Below, piece by piece: positions 45,882 through 55,043 of a DNA stretch of 56,592 nt. The notes beneath the pieces were generated by a model. It saw nothing but the letters and a program-made list of their open reading frames with translations, ran no database searches and was not told where the DNA came from. The translations under genes and the position numbers were made by a program. The stretch is from Clostridiales bacterium UBA1380 (GTDB taxonomy: Bacteria > Bacillota > Clostridia > Oscillospirales > CAG-272), in contig DBRA01000071.1 of assembly GCA_002305445.1 (NCBI GenBank), forward strand, positions 18,162 through 74,753. Reading direction: 5' to 3'. Every line of letters begins with the position of its first letter. Position 1 is the stretch's first letter.

Positions 45882-47198
45882 ATGTTTGATTTCAAGACAA
45901 AAGACGATATTACGGCGAAGGCAGCGCAGCTCGGAGGGGAGCTGCCGTGGTCGGACGATCTGTCGCCGCTCGCCGCGCCTCTTGTGACCGCCGACGGCCT
46001 GCGGATGAAAAATTCGATTACGGTTCATCCGATGGAGGGCTTCGACGGGCTTGACGCGTCGTCCGGCGCGCTCGACGGCGCGCCGTCGGAGCTGACGTTC
46101 CGGCGTTACGAAAAGTTTGCATCGTCCGGCGCCGGCCTTATATGGTTCGAAGCGACGACGGTGTGCCGCGAGAGCCGCACATCGCAGCGCCAGCTCTGGA
46201 TAACGCGGGACAACGTAGGCGAGTTCGCGCGTCTGCGCGAAGCTATACGAAAGACAGCACCGGACGTGCCCGTCATCATGCAGCTCACGCACTCGGGCCG
46301 CTATTCGAAGCCCAACGGCTATCCGTCGCCGGTTATCGCGTATCACAACCCGGTGCTCAACACCTCGTTCAACATCGACCCCGACTACCCTGTAGTCTCC
46401 GATGCATATCTCGACACGCTTGCGGAGAAATACGCCGACGCAGCCGAGCTCGCGCAGAAGGCCGGCTTCGACGGTGTCGACGTGAAGGCGTGCCACCGCT
46501 ACCTTATGTCGGAGCTGCTCTCCGCGTATGAACGCAAGGGGCGCTACGGCGGCAGCTACGAGAACCGCACGCGGCTCTTTATCGACAGCATACGCGCTGT
46601 GCGCGAACGCTGCCCGGGACTGCATGTCTGCACGCGCTTCTCGGCATACGACGGGATCGAATACCCGTACGGATTCGGTGTCGACCGTGACGACTACAGA
46701 AAGCCCGACTTCACGGAGCCGAAAAGATTGCTCGCAGACATAAACGCGCTCGGCGTCAGCCTCGTCAACCTGACGATGGGCACGCCGTATTACAATCCGC
46801 ATGTGAACCGCCCTTACGACAAGGGCGGATATGAGCCGCCGGAGCATCCGCTAGCTGGCGTTCTGCGCATGATAAACGGCGGTGCGGAGCTGTCCGCGAC
46901 ATTCCCGTCGATGACCTTCATCGGCACCGGCTATTCGTATCTGCGCGGATTCGCGCCCAACGTCGCGGCGGGTGCGCTCGCGTCCGGCAGGATAGGCGCT
47001 GTCGGTTTCGGGCGCATGGCGTTCGCCTACCCCGCTTTCGCGCGCGATATGATCGCGGGCGGGTTCGACCCGAAGAAGACCTGCATAACCTGCGGCCGCT
47101 GCACGGAGCTGATGCGCGCGAACATGACGACAGGCTGCCCGGTGCGCGACCCGTACTACACGGAGCTTTATAAGAAACTGTCGGAAACGCGAAAGTAA
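45882..47198 (+). CDS. Old Yellow Enzyme-family NADH:flavin oxidoreductase with C-terminal 4Fe-4S Cys motif
   Basis: 438 aa from ATG 45882 (AAGGAG RBS). OYE TIM-barrel motifs: HPMEG, QLTHSGR and GFDGVDVKACHRYL. C-terminal CITCGRCTELMRANMTTGC resembles the Cx2Cx2Cx11C cluster of 2,4-dienoyl-CoA reductase-type enzymes. No following FAD/NAD domain. Confidence 0.75.
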   Translation: MFDFKTKDDITAKAAQLGGELPWSDDLSPLAAPLVTADGLRMKNSITVHPMEGFDGLDASSGALDGAPSELTFRRYEKFASSGAGLIWFEATTVCRESRTSQRQLWITRDNVGEFARLREAIRKTAPDVPVIMQLTHSGRYSKPNGYPSPVIAYHNPVLNTSFNIDPDYPVVSDAYLDTLAEKYADAAELAQKAGFDGVDVKACHRYLMSELLSAYERKGRYGGSYENRTRLFIDSIRAVRERCPGLHVCTRFSAYDGIEYPYGFGVDRDDYRKPDFTEPKRLLADINALGVSLVNLTMGTPYYNPHVNRPYDKGGYEPPEHPLAGVLRMINGGAELSATFPSMTFIGTGYSYLRGFAPNVAAGALASGRIGAVGFGRMAFAYPAFARDMIAGGFDPKKTCITCGRCTELMRANMTTGCPVRDPYYTELYKKLSETRK

Positions 47199-47230
47199 TC
47201 CTTTTATAAAGAAAGGAACGCATATCGAAA

Positions 47231-48001
47231 ATGGAACAGGCGAATAAGATCGCGCTCGTCACGGGCGGTGCGCGGGGCATCGGGCGCGGCATATCCGAAT
47301 ATCTCGCGGCGCGAGGCTTCACCGTCGCGGCGGTCGGCACGCGGCCGCAGTCCGACGCCGCGGAATTCTTATCAGCGCTGCGCGCCGCGTCCCCTGACTC
47401 CTGCTATATAAGCGGCGACATATCGAAAGCGGACGACCGCATTCGGATCGTCGACGAGGTGCTCGACCGGTACGGTGCGCTCGACGTTCTTGTCAACAAT
47501 GCCGGCGTCGCGCCGACCGTACGCGCGGATCTGCTCGAGATGAGCGAGGAATCGCTCGACAGGCTGCTGTCGATCAACCTCAAGGGCACGTTTTTTCTGA
47601 CACAGTACGCCGCGCGTCGTATGCTTGAGAAAAAGACGGACGAATTCCGCGCCATAATCACGATTACGTCGATATCCGCGGACACGTCGAGCATCAACCG
47701 CGGCGAATACTGCATGAGCAAGGCGGCGCTCTCGATGATGACGAAGCTGTTCGCGGACGAGCTTGCGCCGCATGGCATACGTGTCTACGAGGTGCGCCCC
47801 GGCATCATCGCGACCGACATGACCGCCGGCGTGCTCGACAAATACAGCCGCATGATCGAGAACGGACTTCTGCCGATTAAAAAGATGGGCGCGCCGGAGG
47901 ACGTCGCGAAGGTGGTTTACGCGCTTGCGAGCGGCCTGCACGCATATACGACAGGCGACAGCTATTCCGCTGACGGCGGATTTTACCTGAAGAGGTTATA
48001 A
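47231..48001 (+). CDS. SDR family oxidoreductase (3-oxoacyl-ACP reductase-like)
   Basis: 256 aa. Motifs TGGARGIG, NNAG and YCMSK. Confidence 0.85.
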   Translation: MEQANKIALVTGGARGIGRGISEYLAARGFTVAAVGTRPQSDAAEFLSALRAASPDSCYISGDISKADDRIRIVDEVLDRYGALDVLVNNAGVAPTVRADLLEMSEESLDRLLSINLKGTFFLTQYAARRMLEKKTDEFRAIITITSISADTSSINRGEYCMSKAALSMMTKLFADELAPHGIRVYEVRPGIIATDMTAGVLDKYSRMIENGLLPIKKMGAPEDVAKVVYALASGLHAYTTGDSYSADGGFYLKRL

Positions 48002-48023
48002 ATAAGTAAAGCTGGTGAATTTG

Positions 48024-48959
48024 ATGAAAACATACGGTTCTGTTTCGGAGGTTGTCGGGCGCACGCCGCTCGTCGAGCTGAAAAACGTCGAAAAGGAATG
48101 CGGTGCCGCCGCGCGGCTGTTCGCGAAGCTCGAATACTTCAACCCCGCGGGCAGCGTCAAGGACCGCGCGGCGCTGTGGATGATAAACGACGCTGAAAAG
48201 CGCGGTCTATTGCGCGAGGGCTCGGTCATAATCGAGCCGACGAGCGGCAACACCGGCATAGGTCTGTGCGTCATAGCCGCGTCGCGCGGCTACGAAGTCA
48301 TAATCGTTATGCCGGACTCGATGAGCGCGGAGCGGCGGCTGCTTATGTCCGCATACGGCGCGAAGCTCGTACTGACGCCGGGCGCGCTCGGAATGCCGGG
48401 CGCAATCGCCAAGGCCGAGGAGCTTGCCGCGGCGACGCCGGGCGCATACATACCGGGTCAGTTCGTAAATCCTGCGAACCCGAAGGCGCATTACGATACG
48501 ACAGGCCCCGAAATCTACGACGATTTGGACGGAAAGGTCGACGTGTTTGTCGCAGGCGTGGGAACGGGCGGCACGATTACGGGCGTCGGCCGCTACCTTA
48601 AAGAAAAGAATCCGTCCGTCCGCATTGTGGCTGTCGAACCGGCCGACTCGCCCGTATTGTCTGAAGGCAGGGCGGGCTCACACGGTCTGCAGGGCATCGG
48701 TGCCGGCTTCGTGCCGGAAACGCTTGACAGAAGCGTCATCGACGAGATAGTGACGATCACGACGGAGCAGGCGTACGGCGCCGGCCGGCTGATTGCGCGC
48801 AAGGAGGGTTTCCTCGTCGGCATATCGTCCGGCGCCGCCCTCTCGGCCGCGTCTGCTATCGCCGCGCGAGGCGACATGGCGGGTAAAAATATCGTCGCGC
48901 TTCTGCCCGACACCGGAGAGCGGTACCTCTCTACCGCGATGTTCGCGGACGGCGAGTAA
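48024..48959 (+). CDS. cysK: Cysteine synthase A (O-acetylserine sulfhydrylase)
   Basis: PLP-lysine region NPAGSVKDRAA, plus TSGNTG and GTGGT motifs. Start is uncertain (ATG 48024 or GTG 48015). Confidence 0.9.
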   Translation: MKTYGSVSEVVGRTPLVELKNVEKECGAAARLFAKLEYFNPAGSVKDRAALWMINDAEKRGLLREGSVIIEPTSGNTGIGLCVIAASRGYEVIIVMPDSMSAERRLLMSAYGAKLVLTPGALGMPGAIAKAEELAAATPGAYIPGQFVNPANPKAHYDTTGPEIYDDLDGKVDVFVAGVGTGGTITGVGRYLKEKNPSVRIVAVEPADSPVLSEGRAGSHGLQGIGAGFVPETLDRSVIDEIVTITTEQAYGAGRLIARKEGFLVGISSGAALSAASAIAARGDMAGKNIVALLPDTGERYLSTAMFADGE

Positions 48960-49030
48960 AAGCGCGACGGAATATTGTGTTGATTCTTATTTGATGCAAA
49001 TTTTGCGGAAAAACAGCTCGATACGATAAA

Positions 49031-50125
49031 TCACCTGTCTTTTATCGCGGCTTTCAGCTCCGACTCGATCTTTGCGAAGCGCGGGTCGGAACGGATGCTG
49101 TCGTAATAACTGTCGCCGAGTATGTCGAGCATCCACGCGGCGTCCCACATGTGGGAGTGCTTCTCGCACTCGAAGCGGTCGAATATGAGCGAGCGGAGCG
49201 GGAACTTTTTCTTACCTTCGAATTTGTTCGGCTCGAGCGCGCTCTCCTTCATTATCTCGAGCTGCTCGATAGCCTTGTCGTACTGTCCGATCTCGCAGTA
49301 CCGCTTCGCGAGCTGCCACGGCAGGTGCAGCGGATTGCAGGAATAAAAATACGGTGTGTCGGCGTCCATCAGGATTTCGTTTGCCTTCTGCAGCTTTTCG
49401 AGCATCGCAGCGCTCTGCTCCGACGTGTACGTTCCCGGGACATAAGCGTTTGCGATCGACAGGATGTATATATTCCAGTTCAGGGCGTTTAAGTGCTCGT
49501 ATACCTTTTCCTGCATAAGCGAAACCCACTCGGGAGTCCCCTCCGCGAGAGTTATGCGCATGTCGAGCTTCTCCGAAAGGTTGCCGACGCTTTCGATCAG
49601 CGCTTCGGCCTTCGCCCTGTCGCCGGTTTCGCGGTAGTAGTGCATGAGGATGTACCGTGCTCCGCCCAGCATTTCCGGGTCCGTCGCGTGCGCGAGTATA
49701 TACTCGCCGCAGCGGATCGCTTCGTCGACGCGGCGGCGGCGCTCCCTTTTTTCGGCGTCCGTTTTCGCATCAGGATGATAATAAAACGGCATCAGCATAA
49801 GCGCTTCTGTCAGCTTCAGGTTCTGCGGGTACTGCTCGAGCGCGCGGCGCAGCTCCTCGGACGCTTCGTCGCCGGGATTCTGATACGCACGGTCGCAAAT
49901 CTCCTTTATCTTCGAGTCGATCTTTACGGTGTCGATCTCGTGCAGGTAATCGGCGGTGACGTCGAACAGATACGCGAGCTTCGCAATAATCGCGGTGTCG
50001 GGAGACGTCATTCCCGTTTCCCAGCGGCTGACCGCCTGCGGCGTGATTCCGAGCGATTCCGCGAGCTCATCCTGCGTCATATCGCGCTCGTGGCGCAGCT
50101 TTTTTATTATGTTCGCAAATGCCAT
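49031..50125 (-). CDS. XRE-family HTH regulator fused to a TPR-like helical repeat domain (RRNPP-like architecture)
   Basis: 364 aa. N-terminal HTH IKKLRHERDMTQDELAESLGITPQAVSRWETG. The C-terminal ~290 aa is helical with TPR-like signatures (YYRETGDRAKAEALIE and YCEIGQYDKAIEQLE). Confidence 0.75.
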   Translation of the reverse strand: MAFANIIKKLRHERDMTQDELAESLGITPQAVSRWETGMTSPDTAIIAKLAYLFDVTADYLHEIDTVKIDSKIKEICDRAYQNPGDEASEELRRALEQYPQNLKLTEALMLMPFYYHPDAKTDAEKRERRRRVDEAIRCGEYILAHATDPEMLGGARYILMHYYRETGDRAKAEALIESVGNLSEKLDMRITLAEGTPEWVSLMQEKVYEHLNALNWNIYILSIANAYVPGTYTSEQSAAMLEKLQKANEILMDADTPYFYSCNPLHLPWQLAKRYCEIGQYDKAIEQLEIMKESALEPNKFEGKKKFPLRSLIFDRFECEKHSHMWDAAWMLDILGDSYYDSIRSDPRFAKIESELKAAIKDR

Positions 50126-50178
50126 ATATTAATTACCTCATTTCTCACACAAAAGTCGCGGGGCCCTCGCGCGTCTAT

Positions 50179-50207
50179 ATGATAGCACGGCGCGGCGCGC
50201 ATGTAAA
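50179..50207 (-). promoter_or_regulatory. Putative promoter of the HTH-TPR regulator gene
   Basis: Minus strand: TTTACA (50202-50207), 17 nt, TATCAT (50179-50184). Confidence 0.4.
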
Positions 50208-50353
50208 CGGCGCAGACGCGGTGTAAATATAAACATTCGGTTGTTTTCTGTGTTTTCGAGTTTATGCAGACAGATAAAGCTGCGGACTCGTGTGGATTAA
50301 TCCGATAAAATATGATATAATCTTGGCAACAACGACACACTCAGGGTGAAAAA

Positions 50354-51064
50354 ATGCTTTTATACATAATCCGCCACGGCGATCCGATCTACAATCCCGA
50401 TACGCTGACCGACAAGGGGCGGGCACAGGCAAAGGCGCTCGCCAAAAGGCTGGCGGTGCACGGGCTCGACCGCATATACTGTTCGCCGAACGGCAGGGCG
50501 CGGGAGACGGCGCAGCCGACATGCGAAGCACTCGGGCTCGAAGCGCAGATAGAGCCGTGGACGAGCGAGGATCTGACATGGCGCGATTTCAGTGCCGACA
50601 ACGGTCGCGGCGGCCGCGGCTGGACGTTCCACTGTCAGAACACGGAGCTGAAAACGGAGGACATGATGAGCCGCGCTATGTCGGACTGGTACAACGGCGC
50701 GCCATTCTCAAAAATCGACGCAAAAAAGGGATACGAGCGCATCATTCGCGAATCGGACGCGTTCACCGAGAAACTCGGTTACCGCCGCGAGGGCTCCGTC
50801 TACCGCATCATCAGGCCGAACGACGAAAGAGTCGCCGTGTTCTGCCATCAGGGTTTCGGCACGACATGGCTGTCGTACCTGCTCGCGGTGCCGCCTGCGA
50901 TATTCTGGAGCAGCTTTGACATATCTCACTCGTCGATAACGATCCTGCGCTTCCAGAACAACAAAAATGGCCTGACGGCTCCGATGTGCATCACGCTCGG
51001 CGATACGTCGCACATCTACGAAAGCGGGCTGCCGCTGCAATATAACAACACGGTGGATATATAA
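50354..51064 (+). CDS. Histidine phosphatase family protein (phosphoglycerate mutase-like)
   Basis: 236 aa. N-terminal catalytic motif LYIIRHGD, with a later RA.ETA motif and a conserved His (FCHQG). Confidence 0.8.
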   Translation: MLLYIIRHGDPIYNPDTLTDKGRAQAKALAKRLAVHGLDRIYCSPNGRARETAQPTCEALGLEAQIEPWTSEDLTWRDFSADNGRGGRGWTFHCQNTELKTEDMMSRAMSDWYNGAPFSKIDAKKGYERIIRESDAFTEKLGYRREGSVYRIIRPNDERVAVFCHQGFGTTWLSYLLAVPPAIFWSSFDISHSSITILRFQNNKNGLTAPMCITLGDTSHIYESGLPLQYNNTVDI

Positions 51065-51074
51065 TCGATGCAAC

Positions 51075-51105
51075 AAAAGAGGGTTTGAAAATCCTCTTTT
51101 TGTTT
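51075..51105 (+). terminator. Rho-independent terminator
   Basis: Stem AAAAGAGG / CCTCTTTT with a 10-nt loop, followed by T-rich sequence. Confidence 0.6.
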
Positions 51106-51175
51106 ATAGCCGCGCGGTTGATAATATAACGCAGCGGCGTTATAATTGTTGTATAATTATTAAACGGGTATAATT

Positions 51176-52084
51176 ATGACGGCAACAGATAAACCGATAC
51201 GGTTTTATTCAGATTCAGACGGCGATAATATATCGAACGCGGATGCGGCGGAGCGGTCAGGGCGCGACGTCTTATCCGCCGATACGATCGGCGTGTATCT
51301 TTGCGAGCCGAAGCGGTTCTCGATCGAAGTTTACGACACCGTCGGCTCGACAAACAGTATGCTGAAAGAGCGCGCTGCCGATGGCGCGCCGGAGCGGAGC
51401 GTTATTATAGCGTCAGCGCAGACTGCCGGGCGCGGCCGCCTCGGGCGGACGTTCAGCTCGCCTGCGGGCACGGGGCTTTACATGAGCTTGCTTCTGCGCC
51501 CCGGCGAAAACTTCAGCGGTGCGGCGACTGTAACCGCAGCCGCCGCGGTCGCGGTGTGCCGTGCCGTCAGGCGGGTGCTGGAGGAAACCGCCGGTCCCGA
51601 GCGCATCCGCGAACCGCTTATCAAATGGGTAAACGACGTGTTGATCGACGGCAAAAAGGTCGCGGGCATACTCACAGAGGCGGCGCTCTCCGCCGAAACC
51701 GGCGCGCCCGAATACGTCGTCCTCGGCATCGGGGTCAATATATACGAACCCGACGGCGGTTTTTCCGAGGAGCTGCGCGATATTGCCGGCGCCGTTTTCG
51801 ACGCGCCCGTTCACGATACGCGAAGCCGCGCCGCAGCTTATATATTAAATGAGTTTACGTCTTTATACGACACCGGCGGCACCGGCGCGTTCATAGACGA
51901 GTACAGAAGCCGCAGCGCCGTTGTCGGCCGCAACGTCAACGTTATAAAGCCGTCATCGGTTCGTCCCGCTTATGCCGTCGCGATAGACGACGAATGCCGC
52001 CTGATCGTCCGGTACGAGGACGGAACCGAAGAAGTTTTATCATCAAGCGAAGTCAGCGTTAGAACAGTAAAGACAGCATTTTAA
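51176..52084 (+). CDS. birA: Biotin--[acetyl-CoA-carboxylase] ligase, group I (no recognisable N-terminal HTH)
   Basis: 302 aa. Motifs GRGRLGRTFSSP and KWVNDVLIDGKKVAGIL. The N-terminal ~60 aa lacks a winged-HTH pattern. Confidence 0.85.
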   Translation: MTATDKPIRFYSDSDGDNISNADAAERSGRDVLSADTIGVYLCEPKRFSIEVYDTVGSTNSMLKERAADGAPERSVIIASAQTAGRGRLGRTFSSPAGTGLYMSLLLRPGENFSGAATVTAAAAVAVCRAVRRVLEETAGPERIREPLIKWVNDVLIDGKKVAGILTEAALSAETGAPEYVVLGIGVNIYEPDGGFSEELRDIAGAVFDAPVHDTRSRAAAYILNEFTSLYDTGGTGAFIDEYRSRSAVVGRNVNVIKPSSVRPAYAVAIDDECRLIVRYEDGTEEVLSSSEVSVRTVKTAF

Positions 52085-52186
52085 TTTACAGCAGCCGTAT
52101 CATTGAAAACGATTTATTCTATTGCGCCTGTTTTTGCCCGTTAATCGAAATGAATTAAAAGTATTCTGAATTTTTTAAATCATCGG

Positions 52187-52215
52187 TTGACATTTCAGGT
52201 TTATTTTGTTATAAT
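52187..52215 (+). promoter_or_regulatory. Consensus sigma-70 promoter for the second LacI-family gene
   Basis: TTGACA (52187-52192), 17 nt, TATAAT (52210-52215). AAACGATT-core operator-like 12-mers lie at 52105-52116 and 52254-52265. Confidence 0.65.
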
Positions 52216-52285
52216 AGCTTAGTTTTATCAATAATCTGTTTTGATTAAGTTGTACAAACGATTATAAGGCATTAACGGGTGTAAG

Positions 52286-53275
52286 ATGGCTAACATTAAA
52301 GATGTCTCCAAAGTCAGCGGTATTTCGATTGCGACGGTATCCAAGTACCTGAACGGCAAGCACGTATGCGAGGACAGCCGCCGCAAGATCGCGGCGGCTA
52401 TTGAAGAACTCGATTACGAGGTGAACCCTCTCGCGCGCAGCTTCCGCACGCACAAGACAATGACGGTCGGCGTCCTTGTCAACCAGCTCAGATGTTATTA
52501 CTACATGGACGTGCTCGACTCGATGGAACGAGCCTTCAACAAACTGGGCTACAGCATGCTCATATCGTGCGCCGGAGACGACGCGAAGCGCGAAGTCGAA
52601 TGCGCCAAAAAGCTTGTGGACAGATATGTAGACGGCATCGTATGGGTTCCGTACAGCAACTCGCGCTCCGATATATCGGGTGCGGTCGCGGGAAAGGTGC
52701 CCGTCATCGCGTTCGACCGCACCTCGGCCAACTGCGACTACCCCTGCGTCGTATCCGACAACAGCGGCGGCGCATATACCGCCGCCGAGTACCTTTTCGC
52801 GAAGGGGCACAGGAAAATAGCCGTCATCGCCGGCCCGGACGATGTGACGACGATGCGCGAGCGCGTCAAGGGCGTGATGCGCGCATATGAGGATTACGGT
52901 ATTCATAAGGATTGCTGCTTCGTCAGCCACGGCGAATTTTCAAACGAGTCGGGTGCGGCACTGACAAAACAGGCGCTGGAAACTCACAAGCCTACGGCTA
53001 TCATCGTTTTATCAAACGACCTGCTCGCCGGCGTGCTCGACGTGATACGCGAAAACGGGCTGAACATCCCGAACGACATATCGCTGATGACGTTCGACGA
53101 TTACGATTATCTCAGGCTCATATCGCCGCGCATATCGGTAATCAATCAGCCGTGCCGCGAGCTCGGTGCGGCCGCCGCTGAGGTTCTCGTCGGCGCGATT
53201 AAGAACGGCGAAGCACCGCAGGTCACGAGACTTAAATGCAGTCTTATCGAGGGCGGCTCCGTCGCGGTGATATAA
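52286..53275 (+). CDS. LacI family transcriptional regulator
   Basis: 329 aa. HTH MANIKDVSKVSGISIATVSKYLNG. Paralog of 10626-11618. Confidence 0.9.
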   Translation: MANIKDVSKVSGISIATVSKYLNGKHVCEDSRRKIAAAIEELDYEVNPLARSFRTHKTMTVGVLVNQLRCYYYMDVLDSMERAFNKLGYSMLISCAGDDAKREVECAKKLVDRYVDGIVWVPYSNSRSDISGAVAGKVPVIAFDRTSANCDYPCVVSDNSGGAYTAAEYLFAKGHRKIAVIAGPDDVTTMRERVKGVMRAYEDYGIHKDCCFVSHGEFSNESGAALTKQALETHKPTAIIVLSNDLLAGVLDVIRENGLNIPNDISLMTFDDYDYLRLISPRISVINQPCRELGAAAAEVLVGAIKNGEAPQVTRLKCSLIEGGSVAVI

Positions 53276-53303
53276 TAAAGGTGATATAATAAAAGCGAAA
53301 GCA

Positions 53304-53340
53304 AAAAGCGCCGGAACATGTTCCGGCGCTTTTCTTTTTT
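53304..53340. terminator. Bidirectional rho-independent terminator
   Basis: Palindrome GCGCCGGAACA / TGTTCCGGCGC flanked by an A-run and a T-run, between convergent genes. Confidence 0.75.
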
Positions 53341-53342
53341 GA

Positions 53343-54065
53343 TTATGCGCGGCGCTTGCCGGCGGCAAGAGATATGCCGGCGGCAGCGATGATGGCTGTT
53401 AAATGTATTATTGCGTCGCCTGTTGCGGGGGCTGTTGTGACAGGTGATGCTTCGGCAGCAGGTTCCGTCGCCTCGGCAGCGGGTGCTTCGGTTTCAGCGG
53501 GAGCCTCTGTTTCGGCTGCGGATGCGCCGATAAAGTTAATAGTTATATAGTCAGCGTTGACCGACTTGACGTATGTATCGGGGTTGCTGCTGTCGCGGTT
53601 GAAGTCCTCGGAGGTCGTCAACGCGACAGTGTGCGTTCCGGTTTTGAGCTCGACGTCGACGATGCCGTCGCGGTATTCCACATGCCATGATGAGGGAAGC
53701 TCATCCATCGGAATCGGAACCGGATAACGGACGCCGTCGATTAAGAAATCAACTTTTTTGGTTGTGTCATTTGTCGTGTCGTAACGGAGAAGGAAGCGGT
53801 ATGTGCCGGATTCGGTAGCCTCGAACGAACCGAAGTCTATGGTTGTCGCAAGCGTGGGTTCAGCGTTGTCTCCGGACATGCCGACGATATTGCCGCCGCT
53901 GGCTATATCGCCGATATATTGGATGTTGCCGCCCATATAATCCATCGCGGCACCGCTGATATCACCGTCCTCGCACTCATAAAAAATCTCGTCGAACGCT
54001 GCGACCGAAAAGATAAGAGCCGTCGCGACAATCAGAGCAAAAAGTACTGCTGCGAGTTTTTTCAT
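53343..54065 (-). CDS. Secreted CBM6/CBM35-like carbohydrate-binding protein with E/T/A/P linker and C-terminal APATGD-TM-KRRA anchor
   Basis: 240 aa from ATG 54065 (GGAGGG RBS). Signal peptide MKKLAAVLFALIVATALIFSVAA. CBM-like pattern YECEDGDISG...GTYRFLLRY...VDFLIDG...LKTGTHTVAL...ADYITINF. C-terminus APATGDAIIHLTAIIAAAGISLAAGKRRA. Confidence 0.7.
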   Translation of the reverse strand: MKKLAAVLFALIVATALIFSVAAFDEIFYECEDGDISGAAMDYMGGNIQYIGDIASGGNIVGMSGDNAEPTLATTIDFGSFEATESGTYRFLLRYDTTNDTTKKVDFLIDGVRYPVPIPMDELPSSWHVEYRDGIVDVELKTGTHTVALTTSEDFNRDSSNPDTYVKSVNADYITINFIGASAAETEAPAETEAPAAEATEPAAEASPVTTAPATGDAIIHLTAIIAAAGISLAAGKRRA

Positions 54066-54209
54066 TTTGATGCCCTCCGTTTTATTTGAAACTGCACATA
54101 TTTCGTTCATGCGGTTCCGTGACAGTCTTAGTATAAGCCGAGCGAAAGTCCGTTGTAAATAGACGAACCAATTATTATTTATCTTATCCGAGTATTTTTA
54201 TATAAACCA

Positions 54210-54238
54210 TTGAAATTTGTTCCGATTTAAAATATAAT
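54210..54238 (+). promoter_or_regulatory. sigma-70-type promoter for the AraC-family gene
   Basis: TTGAAA (54210-54215), 17 nt, TATAAT (54233-54238). Confidence 0.55.
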
Positions 54239-54268
54239 TTCGTTAATAATAGCAAAGGACAAACGCTC

Positions 54269-55030
54269 ATGGCTGCCGAGAAACTTAAGTTCATCGAAAT
54301 TTATAAAGATAAAGTTCCGAACGGCTTTACCGAAACGTTAAAATTTCACTACATGGTCGTTATGTTTTCCGGCGAGATGGTATACTGTGTCGACGGCGAA
54401 AAATACACAATACGCGACGGCGAAGCGATTTATATGCGCCCGAATCAGGTGCGGAGCCGGGAGGACCATCAGACAGGCTCGCATTATGCGACAATGAACA
54501 TCATGATTCCAAGCGGCAGCATGTACAACATAAATACGAAGTTTTCGGTAAGTCATATGGGGCTTATATATCCGCTGCTGCAGCGGATGCGCGAGGAATT
54601 TTACGCTGACATGGAATGCGAAGGGCAGATGCTTAAGTCGATGCTCCGTTTGTTTTTGCTGGAGTGCGAAGATATGTGCGTGAAAGCAAATTACAACCCG
54701 TACGTGGAAAAGATAAAAAGGTACATATCGGACAATTCATATAAACAGATAAATCTGTCGGACATATCTGACTACATCGGTTTGTCACAATCTTATGTTT
54801 CCGCATTGTTTCGCGGGCACACCGGCGTAAGCGTCGGCAAATATATCGACCGGGAGCGTTTGAAAGCGGTTAACGCGCTTATGATAAATACGACGATGTC
54901 GCTTGTCGAAATAGCTTCGGAAGCGGGCTTTTCGGGGCCGTATTATTTTTCGCGGTGGTTTTATAAAATGACAGGCGAGCGTCCGAGCGTCTACAGGAAA
55001 AAGCTTATAACGGCTCCGCCGCGTTTTTAG
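54269..55030 (+). CDS. AraC family transcriptional regulator (cupin-like N-terminal plus dual-HTH C-terminal)
   Basis: 253 aa. C-terminal AraC HTH region LSDISDYIGLSQSYVSALFRGHTGVSVGKYI...IASEAGFSGPYYFSRWFYKMTGERPSVYR. Confidence 0.85.
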   Translation: MAAEKLKFIEIYKDKVPNGFTETLKFHYMVVMFSGEMVYCVDGEKYTIRDGEAIYMRPNQVRSREDHQTGSHYATMNIMIPSGSMYNINTKFSVSHMGLIYPLLQRMREEFYADMECEGQMLKSMLRLFLLECEDMCVKANYNPYVEKIKRYISDNSYKQINLSDISDYIGLSQSYVSALFRGHTGVSVGKYIDRERLKAVNALMINTTMSLVEIASEAGFSGPYYFSRWFYKMTGERPSVYRKKLITAPPRF

Positions 55031-55043
55031 CACGCTTTATTAA

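Noticed and set aside
48987-49169. 60-aa ORF overlapping the 3' end of the HTH-TPR regulator, considered as a possible RRNPP signalling-peptide gene
   Set aside because: It is an out-of-frame overlap with the regulator. It is Arg-rich, with no signal-like hydrophobic N-terminus and no RBS. It behaves like a shadow ORF.
50179-50308. Two mini-ORFs (15 and 14 codons) upstream of the HTH-TPR regulator, considered as candidate pheromone precursors
   Set aside because: Neither has an RBS, a hydrophobic segment or an export signal. The first coincides with the predicted -10 of the regulator promoter.
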